A DNA stretch of 64,000 bases from an uncultured Gammaproteobacteria bacterium (GTDB lineage Bacteria; Pseudomonadota; Gammaproteobacteria; JAADHQ01): the NCBI GenBank assembly GCA_963807455.1, contig CAWECS010000014.1, positions 91,114 to 155,113 on the forward strand, given 5' to 3'. The translations under genes and the position numbers were made by a program. Within the stretch, counting starts at the first letter, position 1; the number at the start of each line of letters is the position of its first letter. The notes beneath the pieces are model-generated. The model made no database searches and was not told the origin of the DNA. It saw nothing but the letters and a program-made list of their open reading frames with translations. Below, piece after piece: positions 43,774 through 53,948 of this stretch.

Positions 43774-45134
43774 ATGCAAGTAACAACACTGCCAGACCAT
43801 TATTAATTATCGAAGATGATCTGGGCTTGCAAAAGCAACTGAAATGGTCATTTGAAGACTATGACGTTCAAATTGCCAGTAATCGTGATGAAGCAATTGC
43901 CGCCTTGCGATTTTTTGCACCTGCCGTTGTTACCCTGGATCTCGGTCTACCTCCGGACCCGACCAATGTCAGCGAAGGTTTTGCCACACTGAATGAAATT
44001 CAGGAACTAATGCCAAATACCAAAGTGATTGTCGTCACCGGCAATGATGATCGATACAATGCCTTGCGTGCGATTGAGCAAGGTGCCTATGACTTTTATC
44101 AGAAACCTATTGACCCTGATGTACTTAAAGTCATTATTGATCGAGCCTATCATCTCAGTGATATCGAGGAAGAGAATCGTTTATTGGCAGAGATGCAAAC
44201 AGTCTCTCCACTCGATGGTGTTATCGCCAGTAGCCCGGAAATGCTGAAGATTTGTCGTGTCATTGAAAAAGTTGCACCCACATCGGCCACCACATTGTTA
44301 CTCGGTGAAAGCGGTACCGGTAAAGAGGTGTTGGCGCGCGCATTACATTCCCTGAGTGATCGAGGTGATGAACGATTTGTGGCCATCAACTGTGCCGCCA
44401 TTCCTGAAACGTTACTCGAGAGCGAGTTATTTGGTTATGAAAAAGGTGCCTTTACCGGCGCCAATAAACAAACTCCGGGTAAGCTAGAGTCTGCCAATGG
44501 CGGTACTTTGTTTCTCGATGAAATTGGTGATTTGCCTTTATCGCTGCAAGCGAAATTTTTACGCTTTTTACAGGAGCGAGTCATCGAGCGCATAGGCGGC
44601 CGTCAGGAGATTCCACTTGATGTCAGGGTAATTTGTGCCACCCATCAAAACCTTCAGGATATGATTGCGGAAAAGAAATTCCGTGAGGACCTGTTCTATC
44701 GAATCAGTGAAATCAGTATTACTATACCTCCCGTTCGCAATCGAACCGGGGATGCGGTGTTATTGGCGAAGGCTTTTCTTGAGCGTCATGTAGCACTGAA
44801 TAAAACACGGGTAAAAGGCTTTACTCAGGACGCCTTGCTGGCCATTGAAAGTTACCAGTGGCCAGGTAATGTACGCGAAATGGAAAACCGGATTTCCCGG
44901 GCGATTATCATGGCTGATGGTACCCAGGTGACCGTTGATGATCTGGAGCTGGAAGCTGCTGCTGAACAGACGATGCCGCTCAACCTGAAGCAAGTCAGGG
45001 ATGAGGTCGATAAACAAACCATCATGCGAGCAGTCAGCATGGTAGAGGGGAACCTGAGCAAGGCTGCTGAAGTATTGGGTGTGACCCGACCCACGCTTTA
45101 TAATCTTCTGGATAAGTATAATTTAAGGGCCTGA
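43770..45134 (+). CDS. prsR: PEP-CTERM system sigma54 response regulator
   Basis: IEDDLGLQKQLKW, LDLGLPPDP, GESGTGKE, GAFTGA, LGVTRPTLY. Confidence 0.93.
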   Translation: MNASNNTARPLLIIEDDLGLQKQLKWSFEDYDVQIASNRDEAIAALRFFAPAVVTLDLGLPPDPTNVSEGFATLNEIQELMPNTKVIVVTGNDDRYNALRAIEQGAYDFYQKPIDPDVLKVIIDRAYHLSDIEEENRLLAEMQTVSPLDGVIASSPEMLKICRVIEKVAPTSATTLLLGESGTGKEVLARALHSLSDRGDERFVAINCAAIPETLLESELFGYEKGAFTGANKQTPGKLESANGGTLFLDEIGDLPLSLQAKFLRFLQERVIERIGGRQEIPLDVRVICATHQNLQDMIAEKKFREDLFYRISEISITIPPVRNRTGDAVLLAKAFLERHVALNKTRVKGFTQDALLAIESYQWPGNVREMENRISRAIIMADGTQVTVDDLELEAAAEQTMPLNLKQVRDEVDKQTIMRAVSMVEGNLSKAAEVLGVTRPTLYNLLDKYNLRA

Positions 45135-45391
45135 GCAAGGTTATCATGGCAGACCTTAATGGCTGGCTGAAATCATATTGCTGGCAGAAAACAATCATAA
45201 TCGATGACTTAATGGCCAAGCATGAGCGTCTGTGATATTTTCACTGATATTATTTTTTAGCCACTTCAGCTATATTGGGGTAAATTCAGGCGCCATTGAA
45301 ATGAATAATAGGCCTCACACCCGCTGCTTGGACATATTAGCAGTGAACAGGGAAAGCGAGAAAATTTAAACCTCAGAGCAGGATTCTGTCT

Positions 45392-46369
45392 ATGTACGAA
45401 ACTTTTTATAATTTGACTGAAAAGCCATTTAATCTCAGTCCGGACCCGAATTTTTACTATGGTAGTAAGGAGCACAATCGAGTGCTGGCCTATCTTCGCT
45501 ACGGCATCAATCAGGGCGAAGGATTTATCGTGGTTTCCGGTGATATTGGCGCGGGCAAAACAACACTGATTGGTGCCCTGCTTGAAGAGTTAGGCAAAAC
45601 CGAGGATATCATTGCCGCGCAACTGGTCACCACTCAACTGGAACCAGACGATCTCCTTAAAATGGTAGCGGGATCCTTTGGATTACGATACGAGGGCTTG
45701 TCAAAATCAGAATTGTTAAAAGGGATTGAAAATTTTCTGAATGAGAAAGCCAATGAAGGAAAGCGTGTTCTATTGATTGTGGATGAAGCGCAGAACCTTC
45801 AGCACCATTCGCTGGAAGAATTGCGTATGCTATCTAATTTTCAGCATAAAAAACGCTCACTGTTACAAAGCTTCATGTTGGGCCAGTCTGAATTCAGAGA
45901 CACCTTGCGCGCACCTAATCAGGAGCAATTTCGACAACGAATTATTGCTTCCTATCATTTGGGTCCAATGGACAAAAGTGAAACCCAGAAATATATTGAA
46001 CATCGCCTGAAAGTAGCCGGTTGGCGTGGCGACCCGCATATTGCCAACGATGCCTTTACAGAAATCTACAAATATACCGATGGCATACCCAGAAGAATTA
46101 ACACACTTTGTGATCGCCTGTTTTTATATGCATTCACCGAAGAATCACATGACATTACACTGGAAACAGTAGAGGCCGTGGTGGAAGAGCTGGATGAAGA
46201 GATTCATTTCAGTCGTGATGATGAAGTCTCATCAGGAGGCTATGCCTCAGAGCCCATCTCCTATACTACGCATCCTGATTTATCTAACTTAAGTCTGGAA
46301 GAGCGGGTTGCGAGACTGGAGGACATTGTCGACAAGGCCCGGGCTTTATTACACAGTATATTAAGGTAG
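45392..46369 (+). CDS. XrtA/PEP-CTERM-associated ExeA-like ATPase
   Basis: MYETFYNLTEKPF.L.PDP, GDIGAGKTT, VDEAQNL, LEELRMLSN, GIPRRINTLCDR. Confidence 0.88.
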   Translation: MYETFYNLTEKPFNLSPDPNFYYGSKEHNRVLAYLRYGINQGEGFIVVSGDIGAGKTTLIGALLEELGKTEDIIAAQLVTTQLEPDDLLKMVAGSFGLRYEGLSKSELLKGIENFLNEKANEGKRVLLIVDEAQNLQHHSLEELRMLSNFQHKKRSLLQSFMLGQSEFRDTLRAPNQEQFRQRIIASYHLGPMDKSETQKYIEHRLKVAGWRGDPHIANDAFTEIYKYTDGIPRRINTLCDRLFLYAFTEESHDITLETVEAVVEELDEEIHFSRDDEVSSGGYASEPISYTTHPDLSNLSLEERVARLEDIVDKARALLHSILR

Positions 46370-46505
46370 CCTGATTGTGATGATGATTCACTGTCAAAAA
46401 TGACGGGTTTTGGACTATGCCTGATGGACTAAATCTGCATACCCATTAGCACAACTTGGGTTTGAATTAAATCAATAAATCAATCAGTTATTAGTCTATC
46501 TATGC

Positions 46506-46534
46506 TTGACAGCCCTCTGACATTCAAGTAAATT
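46506..46534 (+). promoter_or_regulatory. Sigma70 promoter of tRNA-Glu
   Basis: TTGACA-N17-TAAATT. Confidence 0.7.
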
Positions 46535-46548
46535 TCACCTCTCTCTTT

Positions 46549-46624
<76 letters not shown>

Positions 46625-46690
46625 TACAAAACAAGCACTTAGTGTTTTCTGTTTTCCGGCTGTGATCAGAAATAGCCTTATTCTGGTATT

Positions 46691-46712
46691 TTTGGTCACA
46701 GTTTGGTTACAG
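46691..46712 (+). repeat. Tandem 11-bp direct repeat, possible integrase arm-type site
   Basis: TTTGGTCACAG-TTTGGTTACAG about 66 bp after the tRNA-Glu 3' end. Confidence 0.45.
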
Positions 46713-47140
46713 TTTTTAGCGCTCATTTTTATTATTCACTGCTTACCATTCATCAATTCTGATAAGGCTCAGGAAGTTCTATATAAATCCAGATGGCAGA
46801 TTTGTGTCCATTTTACGTCTGAGTTAGGGTGTTTTTCTAAGCATCGCTAGAGCGGATCTTGAGGCTTTTTGAGCATGTTTTTGGTAGAAAGGGTAAAGCC
46901 CTCTTATCATTTACTATTGTTCAAAGGATATGTTGACAATTCATCGAGCGATACTATACACCGCTATATAGGTGGAAATTCTGTGGGCGTAGATTCAAGC
47001 ATGCGTATCGTTTCTAGTTTAAACTCTTTCGTATAAGTATTATAGGGCTTACGTTTTACTGTCATGGGACACTCCGTTGAGAGACTTTTGTCTCTGATTA
47101 AAAGTATCCGTTAAACTGGGGAGGTTCACTCTGATCTCAA

Positions 47141-47476
47141 TTATTGTTGGCTGCCACTGAATTTCACAAGCCGGTTTACCTGGATATCCTGTACAAACAC
47201 CACGCCGGAATGCTCGCTATAAAACGGTGCCAGACCCTCAAGAATTGGAGCGACCAGTTGTTCGGGTACCGCCGCGATAACCATAATTAAGACGTCTTCC
47301 TCGTTGAACATCAGGTGGCCTTCATGAAAACCGTGGCTGCCCTTACCGGAAAGATTGTTGATGATGGTATAGCCTGTTACACCGGCATTATCGAGCAAAT
47401 CGGTGGCAAAGGCCTGATGCTCGCCACTGAGAATGATTTCGAGTTTTTTAACTGAGCTGAAGTTGAGGTTTTTCAT
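47141..47476 (-). CDS. PII-family protein (CPII/SbtB-like)
   Basis: KKLEII, GVTGYTIINNLSGKGSHG, GVVFVQDIQV; 4-bp overlap with the dabA stop. Confidence 0.85.
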   Translation of the reverse strand: MKNLNFSSVKKLEIILSGEHQAFATDLLDNAGVTGYTIINNLSGKGSHGFHEGHLMFNEEDVLIMVIAAVPEQLVAPILEGLAPFYSEHSGVVFVQDIQVNRLVKFSGSQQ

Positions 47477-50400
47477 GGTGTACTGGACTCCTTTGCTAAG
47501 GATGGTTCGTTTGCATCAGAAAGGGTTAATACATCCCACTGACCACTGTTGTATGTATAGACGATCTTTTTCTCAGGATCGATGACCAGTAAACGGATCC
47601 AGTCATTTAATACCAAGTTCTTGATTGCGACCACACTTTCCACGGCTCGCCTGGCATGTTCCAGGGGAGCCTCGATGACGGTAATCAGTCGCAACGGCTC
47701 ATGAAATGGAAAACCTTTATCCAGAACGGTCTGCGAGGGCAGGCCTGTACGCAGATCACTCAGTCCACCGGTCATCACGCCAAAGCGTCCGGCAACATTG
47801 TGATATACCTTGCTACCACTGCCAAAGCGCTCATTATCAACGGTAGAAAAATAGTGTTCCATATTGATCCATTGTGCAACCACCAAAGGGCCGGAAATAA
47901 TATTTTCCAGGAGTCGTTGCCTGGGATCCAGTCGGTAGTCGTAGGAATGCAGGAATGAACGACCTTCCAGTGACATGTCCTGAGTTAAATTTCGACGACC
48001 AATAATCATATAGGCATTGCGTGATAAGCCCCATTCTGGTCGTACTTGTGACCAGTCCATAGCATTGCGCTCAATTTCACGATAGGCTGCCGTCGGTTCA
48101 CGGTCATGCGGTTTCAGCTGTAAACTGGGCAGGCGTTCCTGGGCGCATAGACGTGAGGCCGCTAACAGACCCGTACGTAAGCGATCGATGTAAAAAATAT
48201 GTGTAGAAGGGATATGATCTAGGTCATATAATTTTAGCTCGTCTGTGGTGGTATTGTGCAGTGCGCCGATAAACCAGGCATCATCAGCGATACGAATACC
48301 CTGTGCACGCAATTTACGGCGTACTTCTTTCTTATTTGCCATCTGTGCCAGCACTCGTGCGCTGACAAGGCCATGATTCCCGCCGCAGGCACCGCAGTCC
48401 AGTGCCGATTCATACGGATTGTTTTCCGAGGTGCTACCATGTCCGACCAGCAGAATAAAACGCGAGAAGTCCCTGGTTAAGCCAATCGAATGTAAGGCCT
48501 GGCTGACAAAGCCAACCTGCTCATCAAGACTGAAACCAATGCGGCCCAGTCTTTCCATTTGCAGTTGGGTATAGGCTGCATCGATCCTGTAGGTATCGCG
48601 CAAGCGCAAAATGAATTCGCGTTCCTGCTGCTTGGTTAAATTCAGGGAATTGGCCAATACTGTAGATGTGTTGAAGCGTCTGCCGAGGGCAGTTTCACGT
48701 AACTCACGTACCATGTCATCACTGATGTGTTCGGCTTCCAGGTCAAAGTCTTGCTCTATGGCCATGATAATCACAGCACGTTGTACCGTTCTCAGAATAG
48801 AATCTGCTTGTTCGCGATCGAGTTTATCGATGAGCAGGTGAGTGGAACGTTTTTTTCTATATAGGCGTTTACGCCAGTGATTATAGGTTTGCGGCATCAG
48901 GGTTTTGCCTACCATATCAAACCCGAACAGCAAGCCTATGGCCTCTACCGTGACAAAAGGTCCGAATACCGATTCCTTCAATTCATGCATAGCCTTCTCA
49001 AGCGCGGTGACTGGATGCACGTCTTCGGCATCGGCAACAGTCATTTCCAGTACCAGGTTTTTTGGCGTGACAATGACTGGGGACAGGTGCATTTCACTAC
49101 CCTTGCCCAGCTCCATGAAGCTCACCGGTACACCAAAGAAGCCGGCGATACCATAGGTTTGATAATCACCGACACTTTCCAGGTGTCGACGAATGCGTTC
49201 AGAACGGGTATCTATGCAGAACAATGACTGTACAAAGGGACGTTTGTCGCGTGGTTCAGGTGGCGTTAGATTCACACCTGCCAGCAATTCTTTGATGGCT
49301 TGTGCCTCTAAGGCCCGTAACCAAAACATGCCCTCGCAGTATTCAAACATGCGCAAGCTGTGCAGTAAATCGTTAAACTGGTCTGGCGATAATGATCGCA
49401 AGTCATCTACCTGTTTGACCCGGGAGGCCAGTGTGCACAGTCTGTCTGCTTGTGTTTTGGCTTCATGCCGGCGTTTGAATTCAACATATTGATGAAAGAC
49501 TTTTTCAATTTGTGCGACGCTCCCGCGTACCAGGGTTTGTTCCACGCGTTTTGCCATGGCGGGTAGTATGCGTTTACCAAACAGCTCGTAGCGTAAAAAG
49601 GTTTCCATGGTTTTGTTTTCGATGGCGTCTTCAATCGCAGGTGCCGTTGTGGCGATATGGCGATGACCGCGTTCATTATGCCGCTCGCTGAGCAAGGCAA
49701 GCGCAAAGGTCAAACGGACTGCAACCAGATCGATCAGGTCAGCAGGATGACGTTTGCTCCAGTAATAATTCTTGGCATTCCAACGCCAGCGAACGAAACC
49801 TGACCAACCATGCAATTGCGCCAACTCACGCGTAAAGTATTGAACCCATTGCTCCTCGGGGATGCCAAGCGTTTTCATTACATGGGCAATGACACCTTCC
49901 GGCGTGTCGTCCACGGAAAGAATGTCCTGAATATGCATGCCGCGCAAATAGAGTCGGATATTTCGATTGGCCACTTCACGCCAGGCCCGGAAGAATCCGC
50001 GTTTGCGTCCTGGCATGGACCAGACTGATTGGCCTTCATCAAAAAAATCCAGGCAACTCTTGATAACAAGTTCATCGAGCTCCTTGGTTATTTCGGTACC
50101 ATATAATGCGTCTACGGCATCGTAGACAGGCCGATCACCAAGTAACTCATGACGTAGGTAGGGCACCAAACGCTCTGGCGCAAACGGTTCCTGTTGGGGC
50201 GATGCCTGGTTGTTCACCGCTTCCTGAACGTCCTTGTCAGTAGCGATGTTGTGCCTGAATACCACTTTTTGTTCAGTTTGGGTGAGCAGGGCCATTAGCC
50301 ATTGTTGCAGATCAATGCCCTTGATGGTTTCACGTTTCGCAGTATAGGCGGCGACTTGGGCGAACAGATCCTGACTATCTACCTTGCCTTGTTCGAGATA

Positions 50401-50607
50401 GCGTTGATAGATGGGCCTTTTTAAAAAGACACGACCATGAAATAAACGCTTGCCTTCTTGTACTGCTTGTTCGAAAGGCAAGTCTTCCAATCCATGTAGT
50501 GGATTATGATGTATAAAGGTGCGCATCGGCCAGAAATAGGGAATGTGTTCGCTCGCGACATAGATCATGGAGCGGATGCTGAGTCTTTGTCCGACTGATA
50601 AACTCAT
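47473..50607 (-). CDS. dabA: Inorganic carbon transporter soluble subunit DabA (DUF2309)
   Basis: WPMRTFIHHNPLHGLE, Zn-ligand motifs FCIDTRSE, GHGS, LDCGACGG; DWSQVRPEWGL, GSGSKVYHNV. Confidence 0.93.
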   Translation of the reverse strand: MSLSVGQRLSIRSMIYVASEHIPYFWPMRTFIHHNPLHGLEDLPFEQAVQEGKRLFHGRVFLKRPIYQRYLEQGKVDSQDLFAQVAAYTAKRETIKGIDLQQWLMALLTQTEQKVVFRHNIATDKDVQEAVNNQASPQQEPFAPERLVPYLRHELLGDRPVYDAVDALYGTEITKELDELVIKSCLDFFDEGQSVWSMPGRKRGFFRAWREVANRNIRLYLRGMHIQDILSVDDTPEGVIAHVMKTLGIPEEQWVQYFTRELAQLHGWSGFVRWRWNAKNYYWSKRHPADLIDLVAVRLTFALALLSERHNERGHRHIATTAPAIEDAIENKTMETFLRYELFGKRILPAMAKRVEQTLVRGSVAQIEKVFHQYVEFKRRHEAKTQADRLCTLASRVKQVDDLRSLSPDQFNDLLHSLRMFEYCEGMFWLRALEAQAIKELLAGVNLTPPEPRDKRPFVQSLFCIDTRSERIRRHLESVGDYQTYGIAGFFGVPVSFMELGKGSEMHLSPVIVTPKNLVLEMTVADAEDVHPVTALEKAMHELKESVFGPFVTVEAIGLLFGFDMVGKTLMPQTYNHWRKRLYRKKRSTHLLIDKLDREQADSILRTVQRAVIIMAIEQDFDLEAEHISDDMVRELRETALGRRFNTSTVLANSLNLTKQQEREFILRLRDTYRIDAAYTQLQMERLGRIGFSLDEQVGFVSQALHSIGLTRDFSRFILLVGHGSTSENNPYESALDCGACGGNHGLVSARVLAQMANKKEVRRKLRAQGIRIADDAWFIGALHNTTTDELKLYDLDHIPSTHIFYIDRLRTGLLAASRLCAQERLPSLQLKPHDREPTAAYREIERNAMDWSQVRPEWGLSRNAYMIIGRRNLTQDMSLEGRSFLHSYDYRLDPRQRLLENIISGPLVVAQWINMEHYFSTVDNERFGSGSKVYHNVAGRFGVMTGGLSDLRTGLPSQTVLDKGFPFHEPLRLITVIEAPLEHARRAVESVVAIKNLVLNDWIRLLVIDPEKKIVYTYNSGQWDVLTLSDANEPSLAKESSTP

Positions 50608-51365
50608 AAAATCACTCCGCTCAGATAAACACCGCCGATGGCTAAGGCGAGCAGTATCAGGGCGTAAAAACTGATAGCTACAGTACCCAGGTCGGTAATT
50701 TTGACATCACTGGCCCTGCCTACAATCAAGCCCTGAATTAAGCGGGCACCGGCCCAACTCCAGAACAGCCAGATCAGTAACAGGACCATCGCCACCATCG
50801 GCGTGGCAACAACGGTCTCGACGACCATATCGAGCATAATAAAAAAAGTGGGAAACAGCGGTGACGCGATGGCGGCTACCACGACGATCACCAGTACACC
50901 GGAAAAACGCGGAATGGTGCGTGCAAGTCCACCATATAAACCGGTATAGGCGGCACCAAAACGTTGTTCAAGGCCTGCACTGAGTAATACCAGTAAAACC
51001 AGCGGCACACTCATGCTAAGTGCATAAGCAAATAACAACATTGCCGGAGTACCTTGCATCACAGGCAGCCACAATAAGCCCCAAAAAGAAGTAGCAAGAA
51101 ATCCACTCCATTGATTGACTTCACGTAAGGTCAGAATGCGCAGGGCGTACAGGGCGGATGTGAACAGAGCCAGTGGCAATAACCAGCCAGGCCAGGCCAC
51201 ATCGCTATTGAGTATTATGAACAAGCCGATTAACGGCCAGGTGATCAGTAACAGTACCCTTAGCCAGGCCAGTTTAATGTTATCGAGAATGGCGTTGAAT
51301 ACCATGCTCATGGGAAACAGTGGCAGGAAAATACCGCTAAGCAAAATGATCAATGCATCAGGCAT
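50604..51365 (-). CDS. Polytopic membrane protein resembling part of an Mrp/Nuo antiporter subunit
   Basis: About 8 hydrophobic helices, YGGLARTIPRFS and ASPLFPTF motifs; tightly packed between dabB and dabA. Confidence 0.7.
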   Translation of the reverse strand: MPDALIILLSGIFLPLFPMSMVFNAILDNIKLAWLRVLLLITWPLIGLFIILNSDVAWPGWLLPLALFTSALYALRILTLREVNQWSGFLATSFWGLLWLPVMQGTPAMLLFAYALSMSVPLVLLVLLSAGLEQRFGAAYTGLYGGLARTIPRFSGVLVIVVVAAIASPLFPTFFIMLDMVVETVVATPMVAMVLLLIWLFWSWAGARLIQGLIVGRASDVKITDLGTVAISFYALILLALAIGGVYLSGVIL

Positions 51366-51366
51366 G

Positions 51367-53046
51367 TTATAACCACCTTAGCCAGATATTTAATTGACCG
51401 GAGATTGACAGCAGCGAGCGCGTCAAGCGGGTATAGATATCACTGATATAAAATTCCCTTGATATCAGTGCATAGAAATTTAACCACAGGCGTTGTCTCT
51501 GCTGGCGTCGTCGATAACCATTATGTTCTGCATAGTATGTTATGAGCCAACCGGCGACAATGATTAACGCAATAATGACGATCAGCACATTAAAGTACAG
51601 TAAGTCGATTGAGGCTGCCGAGTATAGTTGTACACGGAATGCCGGATCCGGATACAAAAACAGATCAAAGGCATGACTAATAACGGCGTAGCCCAGTACG
51701 ACGATGACCAGTGATAACACGCTCAAGCCCACCAGTCGCCAAATATTCTGGGTGCGCATCCGGTAAGTGGCAAAGATCAATTGCGCACCGGTTACCCAGC
51801 CAAAGAACAACAGTATAATCGCCCCCTGTTTCTGAAAATAATCCTGGGCAATAAGCAGGTGGGAAAAAATCAGGATCGCCAGCGGCACGGCCAGGGTAAT
51901 GGCCGCCATGAGTATCCAGGGTTGGCGTTCCTTATTCGGGCGTTTTTCCACCGCAAAGGTATAGAGTTCATCTTTGGGAATACCGTCGTCCTTACGCGCA
52001 TTATTGATGACACTACCCGAGGACAGGAACATGGTGCCTTTGAAAACACCGTGTGCAAACAAATGATAAATGGCTAATGAGAATGCCCCGATCCCGCATT
52101 CCATGATCATGAAGCCCATTTGTCCCATTGTGGAATAACCGAGCGCCTTTTTGATATCGTTTTGGGTCAACATCAGCATGGAACCAAAGACAGCGGTAAT
52201 CAGACCCACAATGAAAATGACGTTCAAAACGTCGCCACTGTGAACAAATACCGGCGCAAAACGATTGATTAAAAATCCACCGGCATTAACGATTCCGGCA
52301 TGCATCAAGGCTGAAACCGGAGTCGGTCCATCCATGGTATAAGGTAACCAGGTATGCAATAGAAACTGGGCTGAACGTGCAAAAGCAGCAAGCCCGATGA
52401 GAGCAGCGACTACTTCCGTTAACGGTAAACCCATAAATTCATGGGCGTATGGGTTGGCCATAATCTCGTTAAAGATAATAGTCAAAGACCAGGTATCATA
52501 GGCACCATAGAGTAGGGCGGCAGCCAGGATTAAAGGTATATCACCAATTCGATACGTGATCAGGGTCCAGAAGGCAAAGCGGTACGCGGTTTGACTACGC
52601 GTGTCCTGGCCCAGCAGGAAATATAGAAACACCCCGACCAGATACCAGGCGATAATCAGTGTGATCAGGTCACCCGCGATAACCATGAATAACAAGGCCG
52701 CCGTCATCAAATCGAGCAATACAAAAAATTGGCCGTAGGCGGCTTCTTCGGCCATATAGCGTATCGAATACAAATGTACGATTAAGCTAATGCCAAGGAT
52801 AATGGTCGCCAGTAAAGAACTCAGGGGGTCAAATAACAGGATGGTGCTAGTGTTACCTATCTGTATCGCCTGTGGACCGTTACCCCCTAGTGCCCAGGAC
52901 AGGAGTAAGCCGGAAACAAGAAAACTGATAATGGTAGCCGCCACACTGATGCGTGCAATGCCACGACCGAAGCGTCCGGCAAATAACTGAATCAATAACG
53001 CGGAAATTAGCGGCAGAACCGCAACAACAATGATGAACTGCTCCAT
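51367..53046 (-). CDS. dabB: Inorganic carbon transporter membrane subunit DabB (NuoL/MrpA-like)
   Basis: RSAQFLLHTWLPYTMDGPTPVSALMHAGIVNAGG, DIKKALGYSTMGQMGFM, HLFAHGVFK; upstream of DUF2309. Confidence 0.92.
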   Translation of the reverse strand: MEQFIIVVAVLPLISALLIQLFAGRFGRGIARISVAATIISFLVSGLLLSWALGGNGPQAIQIGNTSTILLFDPLSSLLATIILGISLIVHLYSIRYMAEEAAYGQFFVLLDLMTAALLFMVIAGDLITLIIAWYLVGVFLYFLLGQDTRSQTAYRFAFWTLITYRIGDIPLILAAALLYGAYDTWSLTIIFNEIMANPYAHEFMGLPLTEVVAALIGLAAFARSAQFLLHTWLPYTMDGPTPVSALMHAGIVNAGGFLINRFAPVFVHSGDVLNVIFIVGLITAVFGSMLMLTQNDIKKALGYSTMGQMGFMIMECGIGAFSLAIYHLFAHGVFKGTMFLSSGSVINNARKDDGIPKDELYTFAVEKRPNKERQPWILMAAITLAVPLAILIFSHLLIAQDYFQKQGAIILLFFGWVTGAQLIFATYRMRTQNIWRLVGLSVLSLVIVVLGYAVISHAFDLFLYPDPAFRVQLYSAASIDLLYFNVLIVIIALIIVAGWLITYYAEHNGYRRRQQRQRLWLNFYALISREFYISDIYTRLTRSLLSISGQLNIWLRWL

Positions 53047-53146
53047 CTTCTTATCTCAAACCCTTTCAGGCTATCGGCCTTTTTAATATTATGTGAACCG
53101 GGGTAAGTATATCTGCTCACCAGGCCTTGTATTATTAATATTGCTT

Positions 53147-53162
53147 ATACTATCGATAGTAT
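53147..53162. promoter_or_regulatory. Perfect 16-bp palindrome upstream of dabB, candidate operator
   Basis: ATACTATCGATAGTAT, 100 bp before the dabB start. Confidence 0.45.
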
Positions 53163-53427
53163 GTGATCAATACCAGCCTTGTCATTTTTATTGATGAACC
53201 CTATGCGGTTATCAGTCTTGTTTAAACTTATGTTTTGCCATGAATATTCATGTAAACCTGATAAAATCCACTGTACCGCTTGACTCGAACTGAATAACGA
53301 CGGATGGTTCATTTTCTGTCTTTATCCGCAGATTTGTAAAGGTTTCGCTGTTATGACAGGATTTCCGGTAGCGCTCTGGACACAGGTGAGGTATCAATTT
53401 ACCGCAGACTAGTTGGTACGAGTTTCG

Positions 53428-53748
53428 TTAAAGCTCGTCACGTGTGCAGGCTTCAGGATCCCAGCCTTTGCTTTTGGCGTACGCGATGGCGTCGTCATAG
53501 ATTTTTTTGTGTCGTTCACGCAGCTCATCAGGTAGTGCACTAACCATACAGCCATATTTATCCCATTCATTATTGACCTGTTGGTGTATGGCTTCAATAC
53601 GAGATATTTCCCATTCTGTACAGGTCTCTGATTCAGGTAAAATGCCAAATACCCAGGCATCACGAATTATTTTACCGATCATCGTCATACTGCCATTGAT
53701 ATCATTGTCTAGTCCGGCGTATGTTTTAGGCGTACTGGGTCGCTTCAT
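53428..53748 (-). CDS. Hypothetical protein
   Basis: 106-aa ORF with AAGGA RBS and protein-like composition (GKIIRDAWVFG, LPDELRERH, GWDP). Confidence 0.7.
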   Translation of the reverse strand: MKRPSTPKTYAGLDNDINGSMTMIGKIIRDAWVFGILPESETCTEWEISRIEAIHQQVNNEWDKYGCMVSALPDELRERHKKIYDDAIAYAKSKGWDPEACTRDEL

Positions 53749-53948
53749 GAGTTCTTTTTTCCTTTAGTCTTCAATTCAATATGACTATCACATTGTTGTT
53801 GAGCACAATACAATTATATAAACGACCTGCCTGTGGGCACCAGAAATCAGGGATTTGTGGTGCAGATTAGCGCCTTATCGGTCATGTTTGCGTCGTAGAG
53901 TATATCAGACAGATAAGGACTGCGCAGAGACTTAATGCCAGGAGTCTG

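Noticed and set aside
46662-46850. 62-aa ORF after tRNA-Glu
   Set aside because: No RBS or motif; covers the repeat-containing non-coding region.
51367-53046. Respiratory complex I nuoL
   Set aside because: No other nuo genes nearby; linkage to DUF2309 indicates DabB.
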